From assembly GCF_001194135.2 (NCBI RefSeq), contig NC_068994.1, positions 6,567,731-6,631,730 on the forward strand: 64,000 bases of DNA, given 5' to 3'. Shown here one piece after another: positions 10,465-23,700 of this stretch. Made by a program: the position numbers and the translations under genes. This DNA comes from Octopus bimaculoides. Taxonomy: Eukaryota. Position 1 is the first letter of the stretch, and each line of letters begins with the position of its first letter. Under the pieces are notes generated by a model. The model searched no databases. It had not been told where the DNA came from and was given only the letters and a program-made list of their open reading frames with translations.

Positions 10465-11776
10465 CCGCAAAAAATACTAACTTACTTCGAAAACATACAC
10501 AATTAAGCGCTTGCATTAGTGAACTACAACTCTTGGAGAACCATGGCGCCATGGATTTAGTTGACGAAAGCTGAAAGAAGTCNNNNNNNNNNNNNNNNNN
10601 NNNNNNNNNNNNNNNNNNNNNNNNNNNNNNNNNNNNNNNNNNNNNNNNNNNNNNNNNNNNNNNNNNNNNNNNNNNNNNNNNNNNNNNNNNNNNNNNNNNN
10701 NNNNNNNNNNNNNNNNNNNNNNNNNNNNNNNNNNNNNNNNNNNNNNNNNNNNNNNNNNNNNNNNNNNNNNNNNNNNNNNNNNNNNNNNNNNNNNNNNNNN
10801 NNNNNNNNNNNNNNNNNNNNNNNNNNNNNNNNNNNNNNNNNNNNNNNNNNNNNNNNNNNNNNNNNNNNNNNNNNNNNNNNNNNNNNNNNNNNNNNNNNNN
10901 NNNNNNNNNNNNNNNNNNNNNNNNNNNNNNNNNNNNNNNNNNNNNNNNNNNNNNNNNNNNNNNNNNNNNNNNNNNNNNNNNNNNNNNNNNNNNNNNNNNN
11001 NNNNNNNNNNNNNNNNNNNNNNNNNNNNNNNNNNNNNNNNNNNNNNNNNNNNNNNNNNNNNNNNNNNNNNNNNNNNNNNNNNNNNNNNNNNNNNNNNNNN
11101 NNNNNNNNNNNNNNTAAGGTGGGGAGGAGTCCGTTTATGTCTGCGCCACTGAAACGAGTAAAAGATAAAAATCTTGGAATCAATGGACAATAAAATTGAC
11201 TCTGGCGGGATTTGAACTCAGAACGCAAAGGGACATAACTAAGTGCTGCAGTCATTTTGTTCGACAGTCTACGCTTCTTGTAAACCAACGCTTATTCTTA
11301 GAAATAAATAATTGGTATATCTGGTAATAAAACGACTTTAAAAAGCCAATGATATCCAGAATTCTATTTTAATGTACATGAACTAAAATGAAGTAAATAT
11401 TCTTTATACAAAGTGATAGGGTCATGTTAAAATTCAAAACGTGTGAAACGGAAGTTATGAATGACGAAACCAAGACATCAAATAGGAAAGATATTTTTAA
11501 AAATTCTAAAACCTATATACCACAAGCAAATCGAAATATCCCAAACTAAATATTGAGTAAATACTTTAATAAGAAATTAAAATAAATTCTACGTAAGTTT
11601 TATTAATTAATTCATTCATTTTGCCATTACAGAAGAGCTACGATTGGTTATTTCTTACCGCCAAGGTTGTCAACACTATATTAGCTTTTATATGTAACCC
11701 GTCCGGTGTCATACGGAATTGTGTCACTGCTTTAAAATTTATTTTAACTTCCTTATTTTTCCCATTCGTTCAAAAT

Positions 11777-14700
11777 ATGGCGTTCAAACGAAGATGTCTC
11801 GATGCCAGGTAAGCACAACGATCCTGTTTAGACTTCTATTGTATCACTGCATTCGTAGCAGTTCATCCAGTGATGAACTATCTTTACTATCTGTTATTTA
11901 TATTACAGCAATTTATTAATTTGCCATTAAACAATATATTTGAATCTAATTTCGCTTGTGTTTGTTGTTTTAAGTTGTTCAGATACCCCCCCCCCCNNNN
12001 NNNNNNCCCACACACATGCTGTGTGCGTCTATTTTTATCACTTTCCTGCATACATATACCTACATATATACATAAACACACACACTTGCGTGCTTCTATT
12101 TTTAACACCTTTCTACATTCTAAAACATAAATGCATTCACACGAACATACATACACACACACGCACACAAATATATTGATAAAATGTAACAACAAAAGAA
12201 CGAGTCCTCGATATTAGAGAAATAGAGGATTATTCATATATGTAAATAATAATAATAGTATTTTATAATTTCATAAGCTGCATAACAAAAACCATCGCAC
12301 ACACATGGTGTAATTTTCTGTGAAATCTGCTGGTTTAAAAGCTAGGTAGTAATTTAAATATAGCAACTGTAACCAACTGTTTTTCGTTTATTTGTTTTTA
12401 GCGACTACATAGGAATGTTTTTAATAAGTTTACTGCCGGATACAGTGTGTTGCTCTTTAAATAAAATAGTTAATGCTATTTTTGTTTAGTTTTCATTGGA
12501 AAAGCTAAATATACTTTTAAATATTTTTTTCATGGGTTTACAGCAGCAGTATGTATATATTTCAAACGAAATAATATCGGGTTTTCTTTAACACAAGGTG
12601 ACGACATTTACTTCAGCACGAACCAGCAGTCACCAAGCGCGAACCCTTTTGGCTTCATTTCATCATTGGAGTCTTTATGCGGTCGCTCACCTTACTAGAA
12701 GTGGCATCTAAATCTCTATAGAAATGACGTCTTTTGTCACACGATTCTGATATTTTACTCCCAAAGGTGGAGAGCCAGCAGAATTGTTAGCAAGTCGGAC
12801 GAAATGTTTAGCGGCATTTCTCTAAGGTATACGTTCAAAGTTCAAATTCCGCCAAAGTCGACTTTAACCTTTCATCATTTTGGGGTCGATAAAATAAGTA
12901 CCAGTCAAGTTACTGGAGTCGATGTAACCGACATGCCTCTTCCCTCGAAATTGCTGGGTGCAGCTTTCGTCACAGGTCACTAGATTTGAAGTACTGAGCT
13001 CCACCTTCTCCCTGCCATGTAAGTTGTTATCTGTTTGGTGGGATATGAAAGGTTTTGTCTACTTTGAACATTTAAACCCAAACCAAACGGTAACAAAGGA
13101 GATCTACTACAAGCAGCTTGTCAGCGCAAGAAGAAAAACAACCATCTTTGCTTTCAAGACGAAAGGTGTTCTTCCATCAGGATAATGCTCGGCCACATAC
13201 AGCAAGGATGACATTCCAAAGGCTGGAGCAGTTTGAATGGGAAACAATGCCCCACTCACCATATTTGCTGGACATTGTCCCCTCTGATTATCATTTATTC
13301 CACAGTCTTCAGAATCATTTGGATGGGAAAAGTATGAATTCTGTAGATGAGGTCGGAACTGTAATGGAGTATTTTTCACAAGTGAATTTTGGCAGAAGGG
13401 TCTTACAAGTCTACCAGATAGATGGAAGAGCTTTGTAGAAAATGAAGGAGAGTATATTTTGGATTAAAAGAGAACTTTATCCCAATGTGGTCGATGCCAG
13501 AGCTGCCTGACTGGTTCCTGTACCGGTAGCACATAAAAAGCACCCTCTCGGAGTGGTTGGCGTTAGGAAGGGCATCCAGCTGTAGAAACCTTGCCAGATC
13601 AGATTGGAGTCCGGTCAGCCTACTGGCTTGCCAGTCCTCAGTCAAACCGTCCAACCCATGCTAGCAGGAAAAGAAGTATAAAACAAATTGTATTATGATC
13701 TGACCCAATAGATACACAATGGTCTTCATTCCAGAAAATTGTGAATTTCTTCAACCACCTCTAATGTTCTAATTCCTCTCTCACCCCACATCTCTCATGG
13801 TCTCTCACCTCTACCGTCATTGAACTTCTTGTGTCAGCATAAAACAGTTTCTTGGCTCATACAAGTTAATCTTTAGTCTGAAGCATTTCATAAGTTTTAT
13901 GTAGCATTTTTACCCAGTTTAACACAAAACTTTACTGCTTAGTGAGCTTCCAAAATGCCTTCACGTCCTAATTGCACTCTTTAAAACTAGTCAGCTGTGA
14001 CAAATGGAGCTTAGTAAGGTGTGTTCACAGTGCTGTCACAACTGTTTCTCTTCAATCTGAAATAACAAATGCTGACAGGTCAGCTTGTCTGATGTATAAG
14101 TCATGATATGCTAAAATTTACAGTAATCTAGGGCAGTTATAACTGCCTCTCCTAAAAGCAAGACTTCAGAAAGGTATCTCATGTGTAGCAATTAAATTAT
14201 ATGAAGTTTGGTGAAAAAAATCTTTTAAAATTATATCTTGTTTGAGAACCACCTAACAAAGCCACACATGTATGGACTCTCTCTCTCTCTCTCTCATTCT
14301 CCCCCTCTTTGAACTAAAAACTTTCTCGTCAGACCACTCCTTTTCTAACAACTTCTGTATTGACTTATTCACTGCTATTCCTGTGAAAGTAATTGCTGTC
14401 TGTTCCTTCCTTGTATGTGTTCCTTTGCCCACATACAATCATCCCCAAGCAAGCTAAATGCTCCACCTTTAACCTTAACCATCTCATTATATAGAGACCT
14501 TAATTACGAATTCCAGTGGGGATATGGAATTACCAAATAGGTTGTAGATGTAAATGTATATCCTGTATTTTATCTATCTATCTATCTGTCTGTCTGTCTG
14601 CATGTTTGTGTTTTGACATGATGTAATATCAAGCCAACTACTTCAGAGTGTACCAGGTGCTTTTTATGTGACACCACCAACAGTGAGGTCATCAAGTAAC

Positions 14701-17700
14701 TTACAAGGTGAGACTCCCCAACTGTGGTGGCGGAAAGTGGTATTGAGGGACATGGCTATGTGCCAGATGAGGGACAGGAAATGAGTGTCTTGTGATAGAG
14801 GAGACACATGGCTACCTCAGTTGGGCTGAAAGAGAGAGAGGGAAGGTGGTGAAGATACGAGAGGGCATGCACACGAGTAGAACCAGGAAGTTCAGGAACT
14901 TGTCTGGCCATTTTTCTTATCTCATTGTAAACATATGAGTTACAATGGATGCAGCTGAGAGACCGTTTCCTGTTTTTAAGAATCCGTGGAAATGCTTGCA
15001 ATTTGGGAGTTAAAGTAATTATTTTGAAGTAGTTGCACGTTCAGCTGGCTGTGAGTAAGCGAATTCAGTTGTTTCCGTGTATATAAGTGCAGGCATGATT
15101 GTATGGTAAGAAGTCTGCTTCCCAACCATGTGATTCTGGGTTCAGTTCCAATCAAGGGCTTTTGAGTGGATTTGGTAGAGAGTTACTAAAAAAAATCCCT
15201 TTATATGTGTGTATATGCGTGTGTGTGTGTGTCTTTTTGTTTGTTCCCCCGCCACTACCACTTGACAACTGTTGTTCGTGTGTTTACGTTCCCATAACTT
15301 AGTGGTTTAGTGTGTGTGTTTGTGTATTCATGAATATAGGGAATGTATTTTTTTTTTCTTTTTTTGCTTGTTTTCTACTTTCAGTCAGGAAACAATCTTG
15401 AAGTATTTTCAAGTTTGCCGTGATCCGTGTGAGAGATTTTATTGTCTTACATTTTGAAATAGGTTTCAGTGAGTTACTGTGATAATAGCATTAACTTTTC
15501 TAATGACATTATAATAATACTAGTGCTGTTGCTACTACTACTACTAATAATAATAATAGTAATAATAATTATGTTCAGTATTAATTTTATCTATGTAAAT
15601 AATAATGGTAAAGACTATTCCAAAATCCAACGACTATGCACTGCTTGTATTATAATGATTTCTAACATAACCACCTGTTTATTTTTTTCTATAGTTAATG
15701 ATTTCTAACATTAATTAAAATTCCTGGAATTGTCTACCCTTTCTTGAGTTAGTCGTTAAGATAGATGAATTATTAATCAGGTCTTCTGACTAATTTCAGC
15801 TAAAATTTCTTGGCTCACTATATTCTTTTCTACTCTAGGCACAACGCCCCAAATTTTGGGGGAGGGCGTGGGGCCAGTCAATTAGATCGATCCCCAGTAT
15901 GCAACTGGTACTTAATTTATCAACCCTGAAAGGATGAAAGGCAAAGTCAACCTTGGCGGAATTTGAACTCGGAACGTAAAGACATGAAATACCACTAAGC
16001 ATTTCGCCTGACATGTTAACGTTTCTGCCACCTTGCCAACTTTTTGGCACACTGAACATCCCTGAGAATATGTTAGGAGTATGTGTGTCTGTAGAGTGCT
16101 CAGCCGCTTGCATGTTAATTTCATGATCAGACTTTTCAACTTGTTTAGCTAATTAGTACTCTAATAATTTCATAAGCTGCAACATCTTTGCTAATTATAC
16201 CACATTGGAATTCTTGTCTATTTCCATGTGTTCAAGAAACCTTTTTTACCTGCTTCAAAATTAATAAATTCATTATCATTTACTGTCTGTCTTCCATGCG
16301 GTCCTAGTTCGGATGGCTCAAGTACTATTGTCTAATTCGACATGGTTTCTACTGACAGATGCCTTTTCTAACATCAACCACTTTACAAAGTGTATTAATT
16401 CATAAAATAATTTCTCATTTGTGTTCAATAGATTTGTCTATAGATTAATTAATTAAATTTTTCTTAAGCTTTTGTTATTCATGATGGTACTCGAATGCTA
16501 TTTTACTTCTGCTGTTTGACATTGTTTTCCAATTCCTTGTTTGGTTTCTCATTAGTTCTACATTTATTTTCTTTGTTTCAAGATACCTTTTGCTGAGGTT
16601 GTAAACATAGTCAATCCCTAGAATACCTAGTGTTTAATAATTCTTGACGTTTCAAAGACTACACATTCTTACAAGAGAGAAAACAACAATACATAGAGAG
16701 AGGTTGGACAAACTCTAAGAATTTGTTCATGATTAATACACCATAATTGCATGTAAGCAGTGTTAATACCTGGTGGTTGTTGCTGAATTTGTGACATTTG
16801 AATAACTTATATAGGTAAGAAAATAAACGTTTTTTTTTTTTTTTTTTCACCTCAGACATGCTCTTTGCCTTCAATTTAAAAAATACTAATAATTCATGTT
16901 CTGTGTTTTAATAATTAATACAACGAGGAGTGAAGTTAAAATTAAAGTCTGGATACCAACGGCTGTTTCGGGAGGTTCATTGCAGGGAAAANNNNNNNNN
17001 NNNNNNNNNNNNNNNNNNNNNNNNNNNNNNNNNNNNNNNNNNNNNNNNNNNNNNNNNNNNNNNNNNNNNNNNNNNNNNNNNNNNNNNNNNNNNNNNNNNN
17101 NNNNNNNNNNNNNNNNNNNNNNNNNNNNNNNNNNNNNNNNNNNNNNNNNNNNNNNNNNNNNNNNNNNNNNNNCACACACAGTAATTCCTTGACTATCATG
17201 GGTGTTACATTCCAAAAAAAACCTGCGATAGGTGAAAATCTGCAGAGGAGAAACAGTACCGTACTGTATATTTTTTAAAATTATTTTTATAATTTGTATA
17301 TATTTATTTTTATTATAAATGCAAAACAACACCACGGAGGAATCGGCATGAGCTCAAATAACAAACCGCAATATAGCAAGGGATTACTTTATATGTATGT
17401 TTATGTCAGAAAAAAAACAGGAAACCATCCCTATGTTCCCTATGGAGTAAGGTGGCTTAACCACTGGTTCTACTTGTAAATATACCTTAAACAACCGAAG
17501 AGCCAATGCTTGTTTAATCCTTCAGTTTACTTCTATTATTTGTATTATTATTAGTTTATTATACAGCTAGGATGATAAATGCCACTGTTTTCTTCTCTAC
17601 AGTAACATCAAGCAACCTGTCTACACATGCAATACCAACTCCCTCACAGTCTGTCACCACTAGCAACAGTCCAACAATGGCCAGCAATTCCTTAAGATCC

Positions 17701-20674
17701 CGAAATAAAAAATCCACCGAAGGTGAATATTATTTACTTGTTGTATACATCTCTTCATTTAGTATACACCTCTCTTCATTTATCACTGATTCATTCATCA
17801 CTGATCTGGGATTACACGGTACGCTCAATTGTGAACCATGTTGAGTTTTAAGATAAATTGATCTGTTATAAATATGAGCTGGTAATCAATTCAAGATTCT
17901 GTTTGTGATATTTTTTTTGGCCTGACTGGCCTTCGTGCCGGTGGCACGTAAAAGCACCCACTATACTCTCGGAGTGGTTGGCGTTAGGAAGGGCATCCAG
18001 CTGTAGAAACTCTGCCAAATCAGATTGGAGCCTGGTGTAGCCATCTGGTTTCACCAGTCCTCAGTCAAATCGTCCAACCCATGCTAGCATGGAAAGCGGA
18101 CGTTAAATGACAATGACTTACTGATCATATGTTATTAAATTTTTTTCTAAATATTTTTCCAAGATGTGAAACAATATCCTCAAATGTGCTTAAACTGCTT
18201 GTGAGGTGTTATTTTGGGTGAGTCAGGGGGACAACTTGGGGTCACGGAATGAAACCTATTTTACCTTTGTGTTCTGTGATTCATTTATCACTGATTCATT
18301 TAACATGCCGTTTTCCGTTTTTTTAAAACCAAACAGCCGTGATCAACAAGCATAGCTGTACTTAACAAAAGTTAAGTACCATTTTCGATGTAATTGACTC
18401 GCCTCATCTTTCAATATTTTAAGTCTTGTGCCTATCAAAATACAGTCATTAAAACATATTTTAGTTTAAAATATTGTAATAAAAGGATTTTAGGCACCCA
18501 AAAATAACAATTCTATGCACTCCCAAATTCTTTTTGTTTTTCCTAACCTTGAAGTCCATCTCTGAATTCCTCCCCTTATGTAGCTATCGACTTCAACAAT
18601 GGTTATCTCTGTCTTAAAAGCTTCTTCATTTCTTTCTTCCAGATGACCACTCCCGAGACAGCTCAGATTTATCAGTATCTGACGACAGTGGGTAAGTTTT
18701 TCACAATCAGATTACACAGTGTGGTGTCTTGATATTTATTACTTTTTTTTTTATTTCTTTATGTTTTTTTTTTCACTAACCATTGACCTTTGACCCTTCT
18801 GGTGTCAGTCAAGGCAGGAGTAAATTCCTTGCTATTACTTTGGACATTAATTAAATGCTGATGATGTCAGAATTTGTAGGATGCCTTGCAGCATTTAAGT
18901 ATTTCCTTGCAAATTTCGAGTTCAAATCCTACAGGAGTTCACTTTGTCTTTCATCCTTCTGAAGTGCCAGTTTGGGACCCGATGCAATTTAATCCACCTA
19001 TACCAGTTGTTATTTCAAGCTGGTTGGCTGACCACATAAGGCCTCTCTTGTTGAACACCAAAGCCAAAAGACATTAGTATCACCTTGTTCCCATTCCGGT
19101 TTCATTCCCAGGCATAGGCTATATTTCTTTTGAGAAGCAAGCTGCATGAGATATATCTTATTATCAAGCAAGCTGCACTGGTAAAACATTTTCATAAATT
19201 TATTTTCCTCATAAAATTAGGCACGCCATTCAGAAAGTCCCATGGGTTGCATGTGGTTTGCACACTGCAATTTGCTTATGATTGGTTTAAACCATACAAG
19301 ACTTTCATTTTCAAATGTCAGACATTTGTTAAATGTCAAATATGGGCTACAAACATATATCAATATACATACATACATACATATATATATATAAATATAT
19401 AATTCATATGCATATATAATATATATATAATTCATATGTACATAAAAGGCTTTTCTTTGTGCTTGTCTTATTTCAGGATGTTACAGACTCGGTTGGATAA
19501 ATGTGAGGTATGTATTAATTACTTTGCTATGGAATTCTGCACATTGATTTTTTATAGAGTAAGTTTTGCTCAGATTAATTTGGCACATGTGTGTGTGTGT
19601 GTGTGTGTGTGTTTTAAAAAGTGGCATGGAATACTGTATGTGATACCTTGTGACATGTCAGGGTGGTGTATCATGTATTTTAGTGTGATATGGGGGAGCT
19701 GTTTGTGTTCTGACATGTATTAGAACACGATATAAGATGCTGTGTTACAGCACAGTGGAGTGTGGTGTGTTTTGCAGTGTGGCTTGGTGCCATGTATATT
19801 ACAGAATACTATGTTGTTTAGCCCCAGGTCAATTCTGATCCAGCAGGCCTATAATCTAAGACAGGGGTTTTCAAACTTTTTGACTTGTGGACCCCTTTAT
19901 ATTTCAGGCTTTACCTTAGGGACCCCCTTATAGACGCTTATGAAATTTATACATAAATATATGCTTAAAATAACATATTTTACATTTATTTATTTAACAG
20001 TATTTAACAAATAGGTTTATTGTCAATTAAAAGATTTCAATAAAAAACATATATAAAATCAAATTGCCCATAAAAAGTATTTGCTGTCNNNNNNNNNNAA
20101 AACATATATAAAATCAAATTGCCCATAAAAAGTATTTGCTGTCTACGTCCCTGTCTTGTCTTTGCGGACTCCCTGTGGTCCGCGGACCACAGTTTGAAAA
20201 CCCCTGATCTAAGACATTCCAGCCCTGACCATCTTGGGCAGCTTGTATCTAGGATAACATCATCCTAGATGCAAGCTGTCCCTCACTATTGATGACAGTA
20301 GGGTTTAATTCAAAGGGTAATTGACTGCTATTTTTAGCAGGTCAAACAACCATGGAAAGGTTCCCTTCTTTGGCTTGGCAGTGTGTGACAGTATGATGTG
20401 TTTTTCACTGCTAACACAAAAGTAAGGCACAATATTAACTTGCAGACTTTTAATACACTTGGTAGTACATTATGGTTGCAAAACGAAATACTGTGGCGTT
20501 GCTAGCAGTTAATCTGTGTGTGTGTGTGTGTGTGTGAATATATGTATGTAAATATGCATTTTTATGTGTGTGTGTAAATATGTATGTAGTTATGTATATG
20601 CATGCGTGAGTATATATGTATGTATTTAGTTATGTGTATATATATATGTGTATATATATATATATGTGTATGTG

Positions 20675-20708
<34 letters not shown>

Positions 20709-20724
20709 TGTGTGTATATATATA

Positions 20725-20767
<43 letters not shown>

Positions 20768-23700
20768 GGGACAAAATCCAGAATTACAGGTAAAAACTCA
20801 ATTAAAATCAATTTATAAAAATTCAAATTAAATTGAGCTTTACATATGTGACAGTGGATTTTCATCGATGAGTTCATGAACCTTGGTTCTTTTCCCTAAA
20901 ACTGTATGTATATATATATATATATATATATGCATATGTTTGTGTATGTATGTAGATATATACATGCACATCTACACGTATATAATGTATAGGTATGGTT
21001 GTGTCGTTAAGAAGTTCGCTTTCTAACCATTTAGAATCAGGTTCAGTCTCCTCGCATGGTACCTCAGGCAACTGTCTTATGCTATGATGCTAAAGCAGTG
21101 ATGGCGACACGTGTGTATAATGTTTTGTTTTCTTCTTTTTCTTCTCTTTGTTTGCAGCTGAAGGACAGTGGGGTTCGGCTAGATGTGAAACCAAAGAGCA
21201 AGATCACCCTCACGTTAGATGTACTGGTTGCAGACAAGATTCAGCAGGTAAATTAATTACCATATATAATTGTTATTGTTGTTCAATGGAAGCTGTGTGA
21301 TAGCTTTTGTAGATATGTTACATGTATACCCAAGTATTTTACATATATATATGTCGCCTTCCTGGCTCTTGTGCCGGTGGCATGTGAAAAGACATTCGAG
21401 CGAGGTCATTGCCAGTGCCGCCGGACTGGCTCCAGTGCAGGTGGCACATAAAATACACCATTTTGAGCGTGGCTGTTGCCAGTACCACCTGACTGGCCTT
21501 CCATGTAAGCATGGAAATGTAGATATTGATGATGATGATGATATGTATCATTTTAAACATTTACCTGTCTTATTTTGTTCACCAGACATTCTAATTAATA
21601 ATCTCACCTTTCTCATTTTATTAGGATGAGTTGGACAGGATGAACAGAGAGCTTCAGGTTTGCATCTCCCTTTTCTCACCCTCTCTATTTTTTTCATCGT
21701 CTTCTCCCACCACCTCTTTTATGTCTATCCTTCTTTTCCTTCTGCCCTTCTTCATCTCTCCCTCTCTCCATTTTCTTTACTCACTTCACATTACCTCCCC
21801 CACTCCTCTTTCTCTCATGTCTCTGCTACCATTCTATCAACCACTTCCATCACCATAACTAATGGATTTCTTATGAAATATACTGTTTTTTTTTTTTTCA
21901 TTTAATTTAAAAAATTGTTAACAACATAGACATTTATTAAAGTAACTCCTGTATTTGATGGCATATATGATGCACCTTTCCCCCCCCAAAAAAATGTTTT
22001 AAAAAAATCACTCTGGGACCTATATGCAAAGTTGTGCCTTGCATAAGCTAATTTTGTCCCTGGTGCTCACTACTATAGGCTAATTTTAATCTAAACAGTA
22101 TCTTCTACCTAGCCTGACTCCGTAATACTATTATTTACTTAAATATCATTTAAATAATTTATTGACTTATGTAATGTTCAAAGATTACTTTAAATATTAT
22201 ATTCTTTAACCCTTTATCATTTAAATTGGCCATATCTGGCTCAATTATTACACCTGTTTTATGTACAGACTGGCCATATTCAACATCTCACACCTACCCT
22301 GCAATGTCATACTAAAAATAAACAAGCACATCATTGAAATCTCAACACAGAAAGATAATCTGTGAGTTAATTCAAAGAAATGTGAATAAACAAGCTTTAC
22401 ATTAGACAAGAATAATCTAAATGCTAAAGGGGTTATGTACTAAAACGAAGGCACATGGCTTCGTGGTTTGGGTGTTCAGCTCATGATCGTAATGTCGTAG
22501 GTTTGAATCCTGGGGATGCATTGTTTCCTTGAGCAAGACACTTTATTTTCTCTTGTTGCTCCAGTCCACTCAGCTGGTAAAAAATGAGCTGTACCTGTAT
22601 TTTTCAAAGGACCAGCCATGGCGCATTCTGTGTCATGCCGAACCTCCTTGAGGACTACGTTAAGGGTACATATGTCTGTGGAGTGCTCAGCCACTTGCAT
22701 GTTAATTTCACGAGCAGGCTGTTCCGTTTATCGGATCAACTGGAACCCTTGTTGTTGTGAACAAACAGAGTGCCAATAGTGATGTATTAAAGATTTTTAT
22801 CCCGAATATACACAACCGAAATTGAGGTGCATCTTTTATGCCATCAAATACAATAACGCTCTTGATATTGAAGCTGGGGTTTAGTACTTACGCTAAAATG
22901 TTCTGACTTAAAACTATCCTGGATTGCTTTCATTTTGCTTGTGAATCCTTTCAAAATTGGCAATTTGGAGCCAGAGAACTCAAGATGGTGCTCAAGTGGT
23001 TTTGTATGGCATGGGTAAGACCTTAATGCATGTTTTGCTCCATTCCTAGCTTGTCTCACTCCTTTATGTCACTAGTATGTCTCCACATACCACCACCACC
23101 ACCACCATTCACCAGTGTCTTTATTTCAATTCCAGGCTGATTTGAAGTGTGGTGGCGTTAGCAACATGTTAGCTGAATTGAACGAACCAGGTAAGTATGT
23201 AATGAGTACATGCAGTAATTGCCATATAGCCATACACATCCATGATGTACTTCTTTCAGTTTCCATCCACCAAATCCACTCACACGGCTTTGTTCAGCCT
23301 GGGGCTAAAGTAGAAAATACTTGCTCGAGATGGCATGCAGTGGGACTGGACCCAAGACCATTTATGTAGACATGTCTGCATGGTCAAGTAGTTTGCTTCA
23401 CAACCACATGGTCTTGTGTTTGTTCCTGCTGTGTGGTACTGTGGGTAGGTGTGTTGTGTTAGTATTGGGCTGGCCAATGCCTCCCGAGTGGAATTTGTTG
23501 ACAAAAACTGTATGAAGCTTGTCTTTAATTATAGAGTGTGTGTATGATAAGAATTTAGAAGAATTTGAAAAATATGAAATTTTTTTACTTTGAATTCCAC
23601 CATTAGAAATGAATTGTGTGTGTGTTGGTATTGTTAATCTGTTGTGTTAAAACAGTGTCTCTATCAACACAACAGTAGACTTGTCTAGCCATTCACCTAT

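Noticed and set aside
10561-11288. Long ORFs made of X residues (also at 16992-17171, 29540-29755, 33217-33495, 36631-37145)
   Set aside because: They only span assembly gaps.
12617-12681. Alternative SLF2 exon 2 ([13 protein letters not shown]...)
   Set aside because: Weak donor GTCGCT; the 15385-15428 exon has better signals and a conserved-looking motif.
20041-20145. Direct repeats flanking 10-N gaps (also 35441-35946 and 57264-57625)
   Set aside because: Sequence duplicated on both sides of a 10-N spacer is the signature of unmerged contig overlaps.
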